Below are positions 43,586-55,800 of a stretch of DNA of 64,000 nt, piece by piece (the first letter of the stretch is position 1; each line of letters opens with the position of its first letter). Position numbers and translations under genes: made by a program. The DNA comes from Macrostomum lignano. Lineage: Eukaryota. Where the stretch lies: positions 1 to 64,000 of the forward strand of contig NIVC01000202.1 in the NCBI GenBank assembly GCA_002269645.1, written 5' to 3'. The notes under the pieces were generated by a model. That model saw only the letters and a program-made list of their open reading frames with translations, was not told where the DNA came from and searched no databases.

Positions 43586-44888
43586 TACAGTGTGTGGCTG
43601 CTAAATCTGGAAAGATTTTCTTCAATTCCAACTCAAAAATGACACATTAAAGAGAAAAGACTGCAGCATTCCAGACATCTGTATTTATATAGCTTTCAAA
43701 CCATGTATAATACTCAGCAGTTTTCTTCAAGATGAACCAAGAATATGACCATTGGGCTGCCATCATTGAAGCCTTCCATGCTGGCTACGATGCCAAAACT
43801 GTCATTGAGTTTTTTCAAGTACCCTAAATCAATGGTGTACGACCTCAAGAAGACCTGGGATCAAGTAGAAGACAAGAACAGCTTTACACCTGAAAGGAAA
43901 AAGCATGCCAGGCAGTCTAACACACTCAGGGATGATGAGTTTGTTGCTAAAGTCAAGGCTATTGTCAAAGACAACCCTGGCACATCCATGCAACAGATTG
44001 CCAGGGACCTTGAGGTGTCTGAAAGGACAATCAAGAGGATGTGCAATGAAGACCTTGGCTTGAACAGCTACATTATCAAGCGTAGGCAGTTGTTGACTAA
44101 GGCCACCAAGGAGAGGAGAAAGATTAAGGCTACTGCCCTCATCAACGAACTTAAACATGAGAGCACCAGGATGCTGAGGTTCTTCACAGATGAGAAGAAC
44201 TTCTTCCAAGATTGCATAGTCAATAGGCAAAATGATAGGTGGCTGACTGATTCTCCCAAAGATATACCTATAGCAATGCATAGCAAGTACCCAGCCCATA
44301 TCATGGTGCTTAGTGTTGTCAGCTCTGAGGGAGATGTCATGCCACCATATTCTTCAAGGATGGCTTCCATCTTAGCATTGACAACTATATCAAGATCCTG
44401 AGGACAACTGTGAAGCCCTGGATGGACCAAGTTGCCCAAGGGAGGCCACATATCTTCCAGTAGGACTCTGCACTAGCCCACAAGGCTAGGACCACCCAGG
44501 CCTGGCTATATAGCAATGTGCCCCATCATTGGTTGCCAGACTTGTGGCCACCTTCTTCCAGTGACTGCAACCCACTTGACTATTATGTCTGAAGTGAATT
44601 GACCAGACAAAGAACCAAAAGTCCTACAACACCAATGACTTGCTCAAGGCAGCCATTATGGAGGCCATGGCCAACCTTGACAAGGTTGTCATCGATGCTT
44701 GCCACTCTTTCTGGACTTGCCTAGAGAAGGTTGTTGCTGCTGATGGCAGGTTTTTTGAGTGAAACTCTGTCATCATTTTACATATGCTCTTATCAATTTA
44801 CATTAAAATACAGTACTGTTTTCTATGGATCTCAAGCTTTTTAAAAAATTGTTTAATAAATTCCAGATATAGCTGCCATACTCTTTTA
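43586..44888 (+). mobile_element. Dead Tc1/mariner-superfamily transposon, DD37D (maT) type
   Basis: Degenerate ~25-bp TIRs (cagtgtgtggctgctaaatctggaa at 43588; ttccagatatagctgccatactctt at 44861) with TA on the left flank. Transposase motifs FFTDEKNF, FQ*DSALAH and WPPSSSDCNPLDYYV, with 37 residues between the 2nd and 3rd Asp. Frameshift near 44348 and in-frame stops. Confidence 0.9.
43745..44762 (+). pseudogene. maT transposase pseudogene
   Basis: HTH region (PGTSMQQIARDLEVSERTIKR) and a DDD catalytic core broken by a frameshift and stops (TAG 44461, TGA ~44590). Confidence 0.88.
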
Positions 44889-45084
44889 CAAAACCAAAAT
44901 TATGCCAAATCATATGCCTAGATCAAGCAACTAAGCATTCTATTTAATAAATACTTATTTATTTGTTGTTTGACCTATAAAACCATAGCTTTATCTTAAC
45001 TTCTATGCCCTAAAAAGAAAAATGAATTTATATTATTATTATTATAGCTTGACATTTTACTTTTATATCAGTAGCACAAATACA

Positions 45085-45964
45085 CAGTGTTGGGCACCAT
45101 TAATGAAAATCTTAACTTCCATTAATAGCAAAAGTGTTAGCATTAAAACAAAAAAATCTTAACTTTTTAACTCCTACTTTTGTTAAGTTAATTGAAAGTT
45201 AACTGATAATCGTTAATAAGTGTTAATCTGTTAAAGTTAACACAGAAAATACAGAAATCTTGCATGTGTTTTCCAAAACAGACTTTGTATTGCTCGTCTT
45301 TGCTATTCCATCTTTTTAGTGAAACACAGAGGTCATCTAAGTGATTTGAAAGCTAAAAAAGTAATAAATAATCATTTTAAAAACTTGCATGCATAATACT
45401 ACTAAAAGTAAAGCATATTGTAAAAAAGTAACTTATTTTATTTGAAACTTAAAAGCTAATAGTGAGAAATTCATAATTAAATATGCATAGAAAGGTTGTT
45501 TCAGTACCATTAGCAGGTGCAGCAGAAGGTTGCAAAAGATTGGGACAGAAGTGAATCAAAGCGATTGATGCTCACGCGCAAGAAATAAAGTTTCACACTA
45601 TTTTAATTCATTATTTTAAAGTTTATTTGTAAGAAGTTGTTAATTACATGTACATCTGTATGATCATTGTTATAAATAAAGAGATTATATTTAGGCATAT
45701 AGGCAAGCTCAAATACGTTCGTAATGTTTTAACTTCTTGTAAGACTTCTGTTTTTCGTTCTTTTTTTGCGTCTTTGGTCATTGACATAGACACAACCGTT
45801 AATAATGAATTTATCGTTAATTCACAAAATTTATAACACAAATTCGTTAATTTGTTAGTTCAAAAAATATTAATGACAGTCCGTTAACGTTAATGAAAAA
45901 TCTTAACACTTAGTAACGCTTATTAACGGATTAACGCTTATTAACGGACTGGTGCCCAACACTG
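45085..45964. mobile_element. hAT-type MITE
   Basis: Perfect 15-bp TIRs cagtgttgggcacca / tggtgcccaacactg, 8-bp flanks caaataca / caaataaa (7/8 TSD), subterminal ttaacg repeats, no ORF. Confidence 0.85.
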
Positions 45965-46319
45965 CAAATAAAGGATTTTTAAAGTAGGCAAGCAGATTGG
46001 CCCAACTTTTTGGTTGCCAAAAATAAGGTCCAAATAAACCTACAATAGGCCTACAATTGCAATATTCCTCTCTTATATGCAAGTTCTACCATGGCAAAAG
46101 AGGTTGGGTAGCTGCCCCTTATCCTTCCTTTAGATCCGCCATTGTTTTGCATATTGGCAATAACTTTTTAGTTTTCACTATGGACATGGTACTTTTAGGG
46201 CCTAATCATTGTTTTTTATTAATATTTAAAATTTCTCCTTAAATATAACCAATAGTTTGGATCATGTGAATCAACATAAGCAAAGTAAATGCAGTCAGTA
46301 AATACTTACACCAGACTCA

Positions 46320-47259
46320 CTTCCAAATCTGACAAAAGACGAAGATTAGCTTTTACTTGCCGTTGCAAGAAAGAATAAACGTCAGCGCAAAATTTTCCGA
46401 AGCGTATAAGTAAAACAAAGTACAAATCGCATTGGTTTAAAAATTATGTACACCAATATGTCTATAAAAACAAAATATTGTAAGTACAAAGAAAAATAAA
46501 GACGTAAATAGCTTCGTTTTCTCACTGTCAAAGTTTATTTGTTTGACACTCACGCTCATTCTTTTTAAATCAAGAATTAATCCATTATACTAAAAAACCT
46601 ATTTTTTACATTTTACTAACGAAGCTATTTCTTACGAGCTTAGTACGAGTTTAATCGTCTGTAGACATATCGACGTTTGTACTAGGCCTCTAAAGAAAAT
46701 ATATAAAAAGAGGTACTATTCTCTAAACTTTCAAAGGCAAAAAACCCCCTTAAGAAAACGTGATTTTAAATGTGCTGTATTGACTTAGACAGCAGATTCA
46801 CTTCACTTCTAGAATTGCAGCAGCCCTAATCCCTAATCTTAATTGAATGATTTGAAATGGTTTAAATGAATGCTTCACTTTCTGAAAAAAACCAATCGTG
46901 TTTTATTTTATAAAATAAAAGAAAATTTGCGTTTAATTAGAGTAATAATTGTATTCTATACTTTTTTAAATCGTTACTTTCAACTCGGAAAGTATTTGTC
47001 AGTAAACCAAAATAAAAATAAATTATTATATATTTACTGATTATTTATCAACAATTTGCAATCCAGGTTTCCAAATGTATTATTTTACATAAAAAATATT
47101 AGCAAAAAGGACATTTATTTGATATTTTTCAGCATTTCTGTCACTAACCCGTTTTTAACCGTTTAAATTTTATTTGATTTTTTCTCTTCAATAGCATAGC
47201 AGCATACGCACAACAGTGCAGTGCATTGAAAATTTGGAAACTGGCTGTAATATAACCAA
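46320..47259. promoter_or_regulatory. Putative divergent promoter region between GIGYF (5' non-coding exon) and CCDC96
   Basis: Minus-strand donors GTGAGT at 46320 and GTAAGT at 46309, plus an acceptor at 42688 just upstream of the GIGYF ATG. The CCDC96 ATG at 47260 is on +. The interval is AT-rich. Confidence 0.4.
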
Positions 47260-50200
47260 ATGGCCGAAGAACCGACTGAAATCGCCGAACAAAATCAGCC
47301 AAACACCGAGTCAGATGACGTAAGTGATATAATAGCAGTGGCTTCTGTTCTTAAACAGTGATTCAGGACAGAAGGCTTACATGTATCTTGATTTTTAGAC
47401 TTTAGAAGACTTTAGACTTTAGACTTTAAATATTTTTGACTCTTGTATAGATTGTAGGTGAATTTTATTTCCACACTTCGTAATTTTAATCAGAAGATTT
47501 GTTCTTTTGTTTGTACGAGTATAACTTTATTAAAAGCTTAAAAAATAAACCATTTATATTTTTCAAAAAATAGTTGGATTAAAATTAAATATAAATTTGC
47601 AAAAATAGAAAAAAAATTGCGCTGACGTTTCTGAGCCACAATGTTCTGAAAAAAAGATTTTTTATTTTAAGTTAACTCAAGATCAATTTTAACTCAAAAA
47701 GTTTGGGTCATTGTCATTTTTAGAACAGTAAAAAATAGTTTTTTATTTAAAAAAAACTAAAAAATACGAGTTAGCACTTCAATATTGCCTCTTCCTTACC
47801 ACCAAATATGAGAGATTTTTGGTTCTAAAAACATTTTACGCAACCCAGGTGAAGACCAGTAGAAATCATGAGTGACAACGAGTAACTTAAGTGGCAATAC
47901 ATCAAAGCAGAATTATTGAACTGAAAGTTCGCAGTTCAAAGGTTGTCTCTTGGCCAAATATAAAAATGTATATTTTCATATATTTATGCCCAAATACAAA
48001 AACAATGCTGCAACTAGCCTGTAAAAATTCTCCGCAACATCAGCAGGTAGCGGCACCTGAAGCTACTGAGACAGAGCCTGCGCCTCCAGCGCAGGAGGAG
48101 GAGGAGCCAGCGCCCCAACAAGAAGAGGCCGTCGAAGCTCCGGCAGCAGAAGGGGCAGCAGAGGCACCAGACGACGAAGCAGGAAGTGGAGAAGCCGGCG
48201 AAGCGACTGTGACCGCATCCGAGCAGCCGGCAGAAGCTGCGGACGGCGAGGAGGCAGCTACTGAGGAGGCGCACGGAAAAGCCGAGGATGATGGTGAAGT
48301 TGGCGACGCAGCGGCCGGAAAGGAGGAGGCGAAGGCCGAAGGTGAGGCGACCGACGGAGATGCGGCAGCGGAAGCTGGCGATCAACAGCAATCGGACGAA
48401 GCAGCGGCGGCGGAAGGAGCGGGCACTGGCGAAGAAGCAGCAGCTGCCGAAGGCGAAGAAGGAGCTGCTGGCGGCGAAGCGACAGCGGAGACGGCCGATG
48501 GGGAGGGCGACGGTGAGGCCAAAGCCGAAGGCGAGGAGGCAGCGGCCTCCGGTGAAACTGGAGAAGGCACCGGCGAGGAGGCGATGGCGACAGGCGAGTC
48601 GGCTGAAGACGGCCAGGCCGAGGCTGCCGACGGCGAAGAAGGCGAGCAGCCGCCGACCTCCGAGACATTTGCCGATGGCGAGCGAGCGGAGAGTCCGGCC
48701 CGGGTGTCCGAGAAGTTGTCGCGCGAGCCAACGCCGACAGGCGAGGAGCGGCAGCAGGCTGACCGCATCGACGAAGTTGACGAGGAGGCCGAGCGGCCCG
48801 AGCCGACCTCGCCGGATGAGATGGTCGCGACCTTCGACGAGATCGGCATCGAGGGTGAGGAGGGCGAGGAAGAGGAAGAAGAAGAAGAGGAATACGAGGA
48901 GGAGGAAGTGGAAGAGGAAGAATTCAACAGAGAGCTCATGATTGCCAGCTACAAACAGGTGAGTATGCTCACATACATTATGCAAATAAATAGCTGCTAA
49001 CGTTAAAATAATTCATTCTGAACTCGCATACTCGCATCCTACTACTGCTGTATATTTGCAGGCCATGCAAGAGCGAGAGCAGAAGCTGCACCAGAACAGC
49101 CTGCTGCAGACTAAGCTAAGCGACTATTTCCGGCGGAAGAAGGCCGACCAGGGCGGCCAGGCCGAGGCTAGCCAGGAGACAGAGAAGTCTATCACGGATC
49201 AGGAGCAGCGTTACGCCAAGTTCGTTGCTAATCTGGACGAGCTGCGACGGACTCGCGATTCCAAGCGGCTGGAATTTGACGACCGAATCCAGGAGCTGGA
49301 GCTGGAGTGCCAGAGCCGCGAGGAGGAGATGCGGCTGCTGTACCAGAGCCAGCTGGACGCCAAGCGGAAGGTCGGCCTGAAGGCGGTGTCGGCCACGAAC
49401 GGCCGTCCGTTCCCGGCGGTGACTCAGAAGCGATCAGAGGCGGCCGGCGGCGGGAAGGCGCAGGACCCGCTCAGCACCAGCGTTGACGACATGCTGCAGG
49501 ACGAGGCGTCGCTTGAGGACCAGGTGAACTTGCCTGTATAGCGAGCAAGAGAGAAAAGGGATGGTGGGTGCCCCAGCTCCCAGCTAGGCCGATAAACAGT
49601 TAGACTGTCCTCTTGCCCGTCTGACTTTAAGCTATTTTCTTACTGCTCTCTCATTGGCTGAGACAGATTTGGCCTGCCCCCCTAGGCTGAGTTTCGTCCG
49701 TCTAACTTTGATCTCTCTCCTTACTGCTCTCTCATTGGCTGAGACAAATTTGGCCTGCCCCCCCCCTAGGCTGAGCTTCGTCCGTTTGACTTTGACCTCT
49801 CTCCTTACTGCTCTCTCATTGGCTGAGATAGATTGCGCCTGCCCCTTTAGACTGAGTTTCGTCCGTTTTGCGTTCATTTGTGCACATCGAGTTAATACTG
49901 TAAATATTATACTTATTATTGCCTCAAAATCTTGCGTCTATTATTTTATTTTAAGTTAATTTTGCAATGGAGTTTTATCCATCGCACCTGCTCCAGGTGG
50001 CCCGGGTGCGCCTTGACAACATCGGCCTTAGCAACCGGGTTCGCAAATGCGAGACCTCACTTAAAGCTAAGGAGGAGCTGTCCGAGGGCCTGCACATGAT
50101 CGATTTTGAGCAACTGAAGATTGAAAATCAAACTTACAATGAGAAGATTGAAGAGCGACAGGAGGAGCTGCTTAAACTAAAGAAGAAGATTACTAATAAT

Positions 50201-51446
50201 GTCCAGGTGAGGGAGTGTACGCACTGTCTTTGGTGATTGTCTCTTATGGGCGAGAATTGTAACCCCAAATTGGTGTTTTTGCGCACGGGATCACGCACTC
50301 GGGTACTACTTTGGCTCGAAAATCAGACGCATTATCACTGAGCTACTCTGACTGGAGGGTGCGGGTTAGGAGTGACAAGAGGCCGAAAGTGACAAGAGGC
50401 CAGAAGTTACCACAGAGTGGGAGTGATCAGAGAGTGGGACTGACTAGAGAGTGGGAGTGACTAGAGAGTGGGAGTGATCAGAGAGTGGGAGTGACTAGAG
50501 AGTGGGAGTGATCAGAGAGTGGGAGTGACCAGAGAGTGGGAGTGACCAGAGAGTGGGAGTGACTAGAGAGTGGGAGTGACTAGAGAGTGGGAGTGACTAG
50601 AGAGTGGGAGTGATCAGAGAGTGGGAGTGACCAGAGAGTGGGAGTGACCAGAGAGTGGGAGTGACCAGAGAGTGGGACTGACTAGAGAGTGGGAGTGACT
50701 AGAGAGTGGGAGTGACTAGAGAGTGGGAGTGACCAGAGAGTGGGAGTGACTAGAGAGTGGGAGTGACTAGAGAGTGGAAGTGACCAGAGAGTGGGAGTGA
50801 CCACAGAGTGGGAGTGACTAGAGAGTGGGAGTGACTAGAGAGTGGGAGTGACCAGAGAGTGGGAGTGACCAGAGAGTGGGAGTGACCACAGAGTGAGAGT
50901 GACCAGAGAGTGAGAGTGACCAGAGAGTGGGAGTGACCAGAGAGTGAGTGTGAACAGAGAGTGGGGGAGTGACCAGAGAGTGGGAGTGACCAGAGAGTGG
51001 GAGTGACAAGAAAGTCTGAATGACGACAAAAGGTTGGGAGCCAAGAGCCAATAGCGGCAAATCACAGCGCCCCAACCACCCCCCGCCCGTCTCCAACCCA
51101 GGTGCTCACCCACCTGAAAGAGAAGCTCCAATTCGTGCAGTGCAAGAGGCAGGAGCAGTGCGAGTCGCTGGACCAGCTAGACCAGACCCTGTCCAAGAGG
51201 CGCGATCAGCTGACCCGAACCAAGCAAACTCGCGACTCGTTGCGCAACGACAACCAGCGGTTGAAGCAGAACAGCGGCCTGCTAGGCAACGAGGCTTTGC
51301 TGCGCAACTTCGAAGAGAACGCCGACCTGGTGACGGAGAAGCGCGGCCGGCTCGAATCGCTGAAGACTCAGCACTCGGAGGCGACACTGCAGTGCAGCAA
51401 GCTGAAGCGCAAGATCGATGTTGCCAGGGCTCAGAGCGCCCAGTAA
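47260..51446 (+). CDS. CCDC96: Coiled-coil domain-containing protein 96 / CFAP184 (DUF4201), acidic N-terminus
   Basis: Exons 47260-47319 (tentative), 48047-48958, 49062-49523, 49997-50206 and 51102-51446, all phase 0 GT-AG. Motifs LQTKLSDYFRRKK, VRLDNI, LSEGLHMIDFEQLKIENQTYNEKIEER, VLTHLKEKLQF and GLLGNEALLRNFE. Confidence 0.9.
49632..49880. repeat. Three ~80-bp tandem repeats in CCDC96 intron
   Basis: Unit ctctccttactgctctctcattggctgaga...gcctgcccc...aggctgagtttcgtccgt repeated three times. Confidence 0.85.
50385..51008. repeat. 19-bp minisatellite (agagtgggagtgaccagag) in CCDC96 intron
   Basis: Directly visible. Confidence 0.96.
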
Positions 51447-51707
51447 TCTGGCTGTTCCCTAACAGAACGAGATTCGATTGCTTATTTTTCTGTTTTAAAA
51501 ATCCACCGTTTGCCTTACGTGCTGCCATACAAAATATTTTTACGGGTGATTTTTATAAATGCTTTTGGTTCAATACTTCAATTCATTCTGTTACTGAGTA
51601 TGAATGCCCAATAGTTGAACAAACGGCCATCAACTTAGGAAGGGAAGCCAATGATGACCTTGAAGTTTTTTGGGAAACCCCTCCTGCGATCTTTTAGAAA
51701 TGCAGTC

Positions 51708-51960
51708 TCCAGTGACCTTGGAATTGGTTGGGAATGCCAGGCTCCAGTGACCTTGGAATTAGTTGGGAATGCTAGGCTCCAGTGACCTTGGAATTAGTTG
51801 GGAATGCTAGGCTCCAGTGACCTTGGAATTTGTTGGGAATGTCAGGCTCCAGTGACCTTGGAATTAGTTGGGAATGCCAGGTTCCAGTGACCTTGGAATT
51901 GGTTGGGAAAATGCCAGGCTCCAGTGAACCTTGGAATTGGTTTGGAGGCTCCAGTGGAAT
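51708..51960. repeat. ~38-bp tandem repeat (aggctccagtgaccttggaattagttgggaatgc)
   Basis: About six units downstream of the CCDC96 stop. Confidence 0.9.
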
Positions 51961-52514
51961 TGATTGGAATTGATTCCTTGGAATTGATTTACTTTTAGCA
52001 TGAGCTCACCCAATCAGTTATAATAAATGAGTTTTTTGCTCTCTTCTCAATAAAAGCATCTCATTCGTTCATCAGCGTGTGGACGGTGCAGATCCACGCC
52101 ATTAATATTAGTTTTGTCGGCACCTGTTCAGTGCTGCAACTTTCTAATTGATGAGACATTTCTACGCTCGTAAGAATATTTGTTACGATCGTAGCTTGTG
52201 AATTGTGTAAATTGTTTGTCACTGCACCATAATGAACGCGTGATAAGGTTTACCCCACAGTTAAGCTAAAAATATAAATATGCTTCGTTAAACTATAATT
52301 TCTACTAGTAACTGGTTCGTTTACAGATAATAATTTATTAATGATAAATCTTTTTAAAGTATAATATTATTGCATCATGTAATTTGGTTATATTTCAGTA
52401 ATATGTGCATTCAGTTTTAGAAGCAAGCAACAGGAAACATTGACAGAAATTGGAACAAGGCAACTATTTAGTCATTGGTTATAAATTGTCACTGCAGGAC
52501 AATTTCTGTGTTGT

Positions 52515-52857
52515 TACGAATTCCTGAATACCCGAATACCCGAATGACCGAATACCCGAATTCCCAAATTCCCGAATTCCCAAATGTCCGAATGACCGAA
52601 TTCCCGAAATCCCGAATTCCCGAAATCCCGAATTCCCAAATTCCCGAATGACCGAATGCCCGAATGACCGAATGCCCGAATGCCCGAATTCCCAAATGCT
52701 CGAATTCCCAAATTCCCGAATGACCAAATATCCGAATGACCGAATTCCCGAAATCCCGAAATCTCGAAATCCCGAATTCCCAAATGACCGAATTCCCGAA
52801 ATCCCGAATTCCCTAATGCCCGAATGCCCGAATACCCGAATTCCCGAATGCCCGAAG
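52515..52857. repeat. Degenerate 8-9-bp repeat (ccgaattc/ccgaatga/ccgaaat)
   Basis: Directly visible just past the FAM78-like stop codon. Confidence 0.9.
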
Positions 52858-52885
52858 GGCACACTAGCAGAAGGTCCAATCAGCT

Positions 52886-55800
52886 TCAAGTGAAGATGCT
52901 GTCCCTATTATCGTCGCCGAGGGACTCCACCAGCACCTCCGGATGGTGCCCGATGAGGCTGTTGGGCTGCTGGATGGGCCACGTCCGCGGCTCCCAGTCC
53001 TGCTGGCAGCCGAATAGCAACAGGCCGCTGTTGTCTCGCTGCATCTGACGCTGCCAGATGCCCCAGGGCACAGTGATGTACTTCGGCGGTTGGCGGAGCT
53101 GCGCCGGCTGCCCGGTGTTGTCCAGGTAGCAGACGGTCGCCTGCGTGTCGACGAGGGCAGGTCCCAGCAGCACGGAGCGAAACACCGGCAGAGGGCGCTC
53201 GCAGATGCTGGGCGAGTCCGCGCCGCTCTCATTGAACATCACGACTGTGTCGCCACCGCGGCGATAGTCCAGGTCCGCCTGGTGGGGCAAGAGAAGGCGG
53301 TGGACTGGGCTGGAGCTGGATGATGAAGGGTTTTAGAGATATTGGAGCTGAGTGATGAAGGGTTTTAGAGATATTGGAGCTGAGTGATGAAGGGTTGCAG
53401 GGATATTGGAGCTGGATGATGAAGGGTTTTAGAGATACTGGAGCTTGATGATGAAGGGTTGCAGGGATATTGGAGCTGGATGATGAAGCGTTGCAGAGAT
53501 ATTAGAGCTGGATGATGAAGGGTTGTAGGGATATTGGAGCTGAATGATAATGGGTTGTAGGGATATTGGAGCTGGATGATGAAGGGTTTTAGAGATACTG
53601 GAGCTTGATGATGAAGGGTTGCAGGGATATTGGAGCTGGAGGATGAAGCGTTGCAGGGATATTAGAGCTGGATGATGAAGGGTTTTAGAGATATTGGAGC
53701 TGAGTGATAAAGGGTTGTAGGGATATTGGAGCTGGATGATGAAGGGTTTTAGAGATATTGGAGCTGGATGATGAAGGGTTGCAGGGATATTGGAGCTGGA
53801 TGATGAAGCGTTGCAGGGATATTAGAGCTGGATGATGAAGGGTTTTAGGGATATTGGAGCTGGATGATGAAGGGTTGCAGGGATATTGGAGCTGGATGAT
53901 AAAGGGTTTTAGAGATATTGGAGCTGGATGATGAAGGGTTGTAGGGATATTGGAGCTGAATGATGAAGGGTTGTAGGGATATTGGAGCTGGATGATGAAG
54001 GGTTTTAGAGATATTGGAGCTTGATGATGAAGGGTTGCAGGGATATTGGAGCTGGATGATGAAGCGTTGCAGGGATGTTGGAGCTGGATGATGAAGGCTT
54101 TAGAGATATTGGAGCTGAGTGATGAAGGGTTGTAGGGATATTGGAGCTGGATGATGAAGGGTTTTAGAGATATTGGAGCTGGATGATGAAGGGTTGCAGG
54201 GATATTGGAGCTGGATGATGAAGGGTTTTAGAGATATTGGAGCTGGATGATGATGGGTAATTTAGAGATATTGGAGCTGAATGATGAAGGGTTGTAGGGA
54301 TATTGGAGCTGGATGATGAAGGGTTGTAGGGAAATTGGAGCTGAGTGATGAAGGGTTGCAGGGATATTGGAGCTGAATGATGAAGGGTTTTGGAGATATT
54401 GGAGCTGAGTGATGAAGGGTTTTGGAGATATTGGAGCTGAGTGATGAAGGGTTGCAGGGATATTGGAGCTGGATGATGAAGGGTTGCAAGGATGTTGGAG
54501 CTGGATTATGAAGGGTTGCAAGGTGCCCACTGAATCTCAAAGAGTTACCTGGAAGGCGCAGTCCCATCGCATAGTCATGAGGGAGTACAGCCGGTCCCAG
54601 GTGGGGTTAAAGGTGAGGTACTTAATCCGCTGATGATAGTGCCGCTCAGTGTGGGTGCCCCGGCGAACGGCCACCAGCCAGGTGGTGCAGCTGTGCCTGA
54701 AGCTGACACGCGTCAGGTAGTGCCGCCTGCTCGTGAGGGCCACGTCGATCTGTCAGGTTTTATTAGCAAGCAAAAGCAGCAATTTTCCTATGAAATAATC
54801 TCCAAACCCTTCCCTGATTTCTTAACCACCTTCTCAACTTGTTCTCTTCCTCGATTCTCCCATCTCTCCCAATTCTCCCATCTCCTTTAATTCTCCCATC
54901 TCCTTCGATTCTCCCATCTCCTTCAACTCTCCCATCTCCCACATTTCACCCATCTCCTTCTGTTCTCCCATCTCCTTGAACTCTACCATCTCCTTCAATT
55001 CTCCCATCTCCTTCAATTCTCCCATCTCCTTCAATTCTCCCATCTCACACAATTCTCCCATCTCTCCCAATTCTCCCATCTCCTTCTGTTCTCCCATCTC
55101 CTTCAATTCTCCCATCTCCCACAATTCTCCCATCTCCTTCTGTTCTCCCATCTCCTTCAATTCTCCCATCTCCCACAATTCTCCCATCTCCTTCTGTTCT
55201 CCCATCTCCTTCAATTCTCCCATCTCCTTCTGTTCTCCCATCTCCTTCAATTCTCCCATCTCCTTTAATTCTTCCATCTCCTTTAATTCTCCCATCTCCT
55301 TTAATTCTCCCATCTCCTTCGATTCTCCCATCTCCTTCAACTCTCCCATCTCCCACAATTCTCCCATCTCCTTGAACTCTACCATCTCCTTCAATTCTCC
55401 CATCTCCCACAATTCTCCCATCTCCTTCAACTCTACCATCTCCCACAATTCTCCCATCTCCTTCAACTCTACCATCTCACACAATTCTCCCATCTCCTTC
55501 AATTTTCCCATCTCCCACAATTCTCCCATCTCCTTCAACTCTACCATCTCACACAATTCTCCCATCTCCTTCAATTTTCCCATCTCCCACAATTCTCCCA
55601 TCTCCTTCAATTCTCCCATCTCCTTCAATTCTCCCATCTCACACAATTCTCCCATCTCTCCCAATTCTCCCATCTCCTTTAATTCTCCCATCTCCTTCAG
55701 TTCTCCCATCTTCCACAATTCTCCCACCTCTCTTAATTCTCTCATCTCCTTCAATTCTCCCATCTCCTTCAGTTCTCCTTTCTCTCTCAATTCTCCCATC

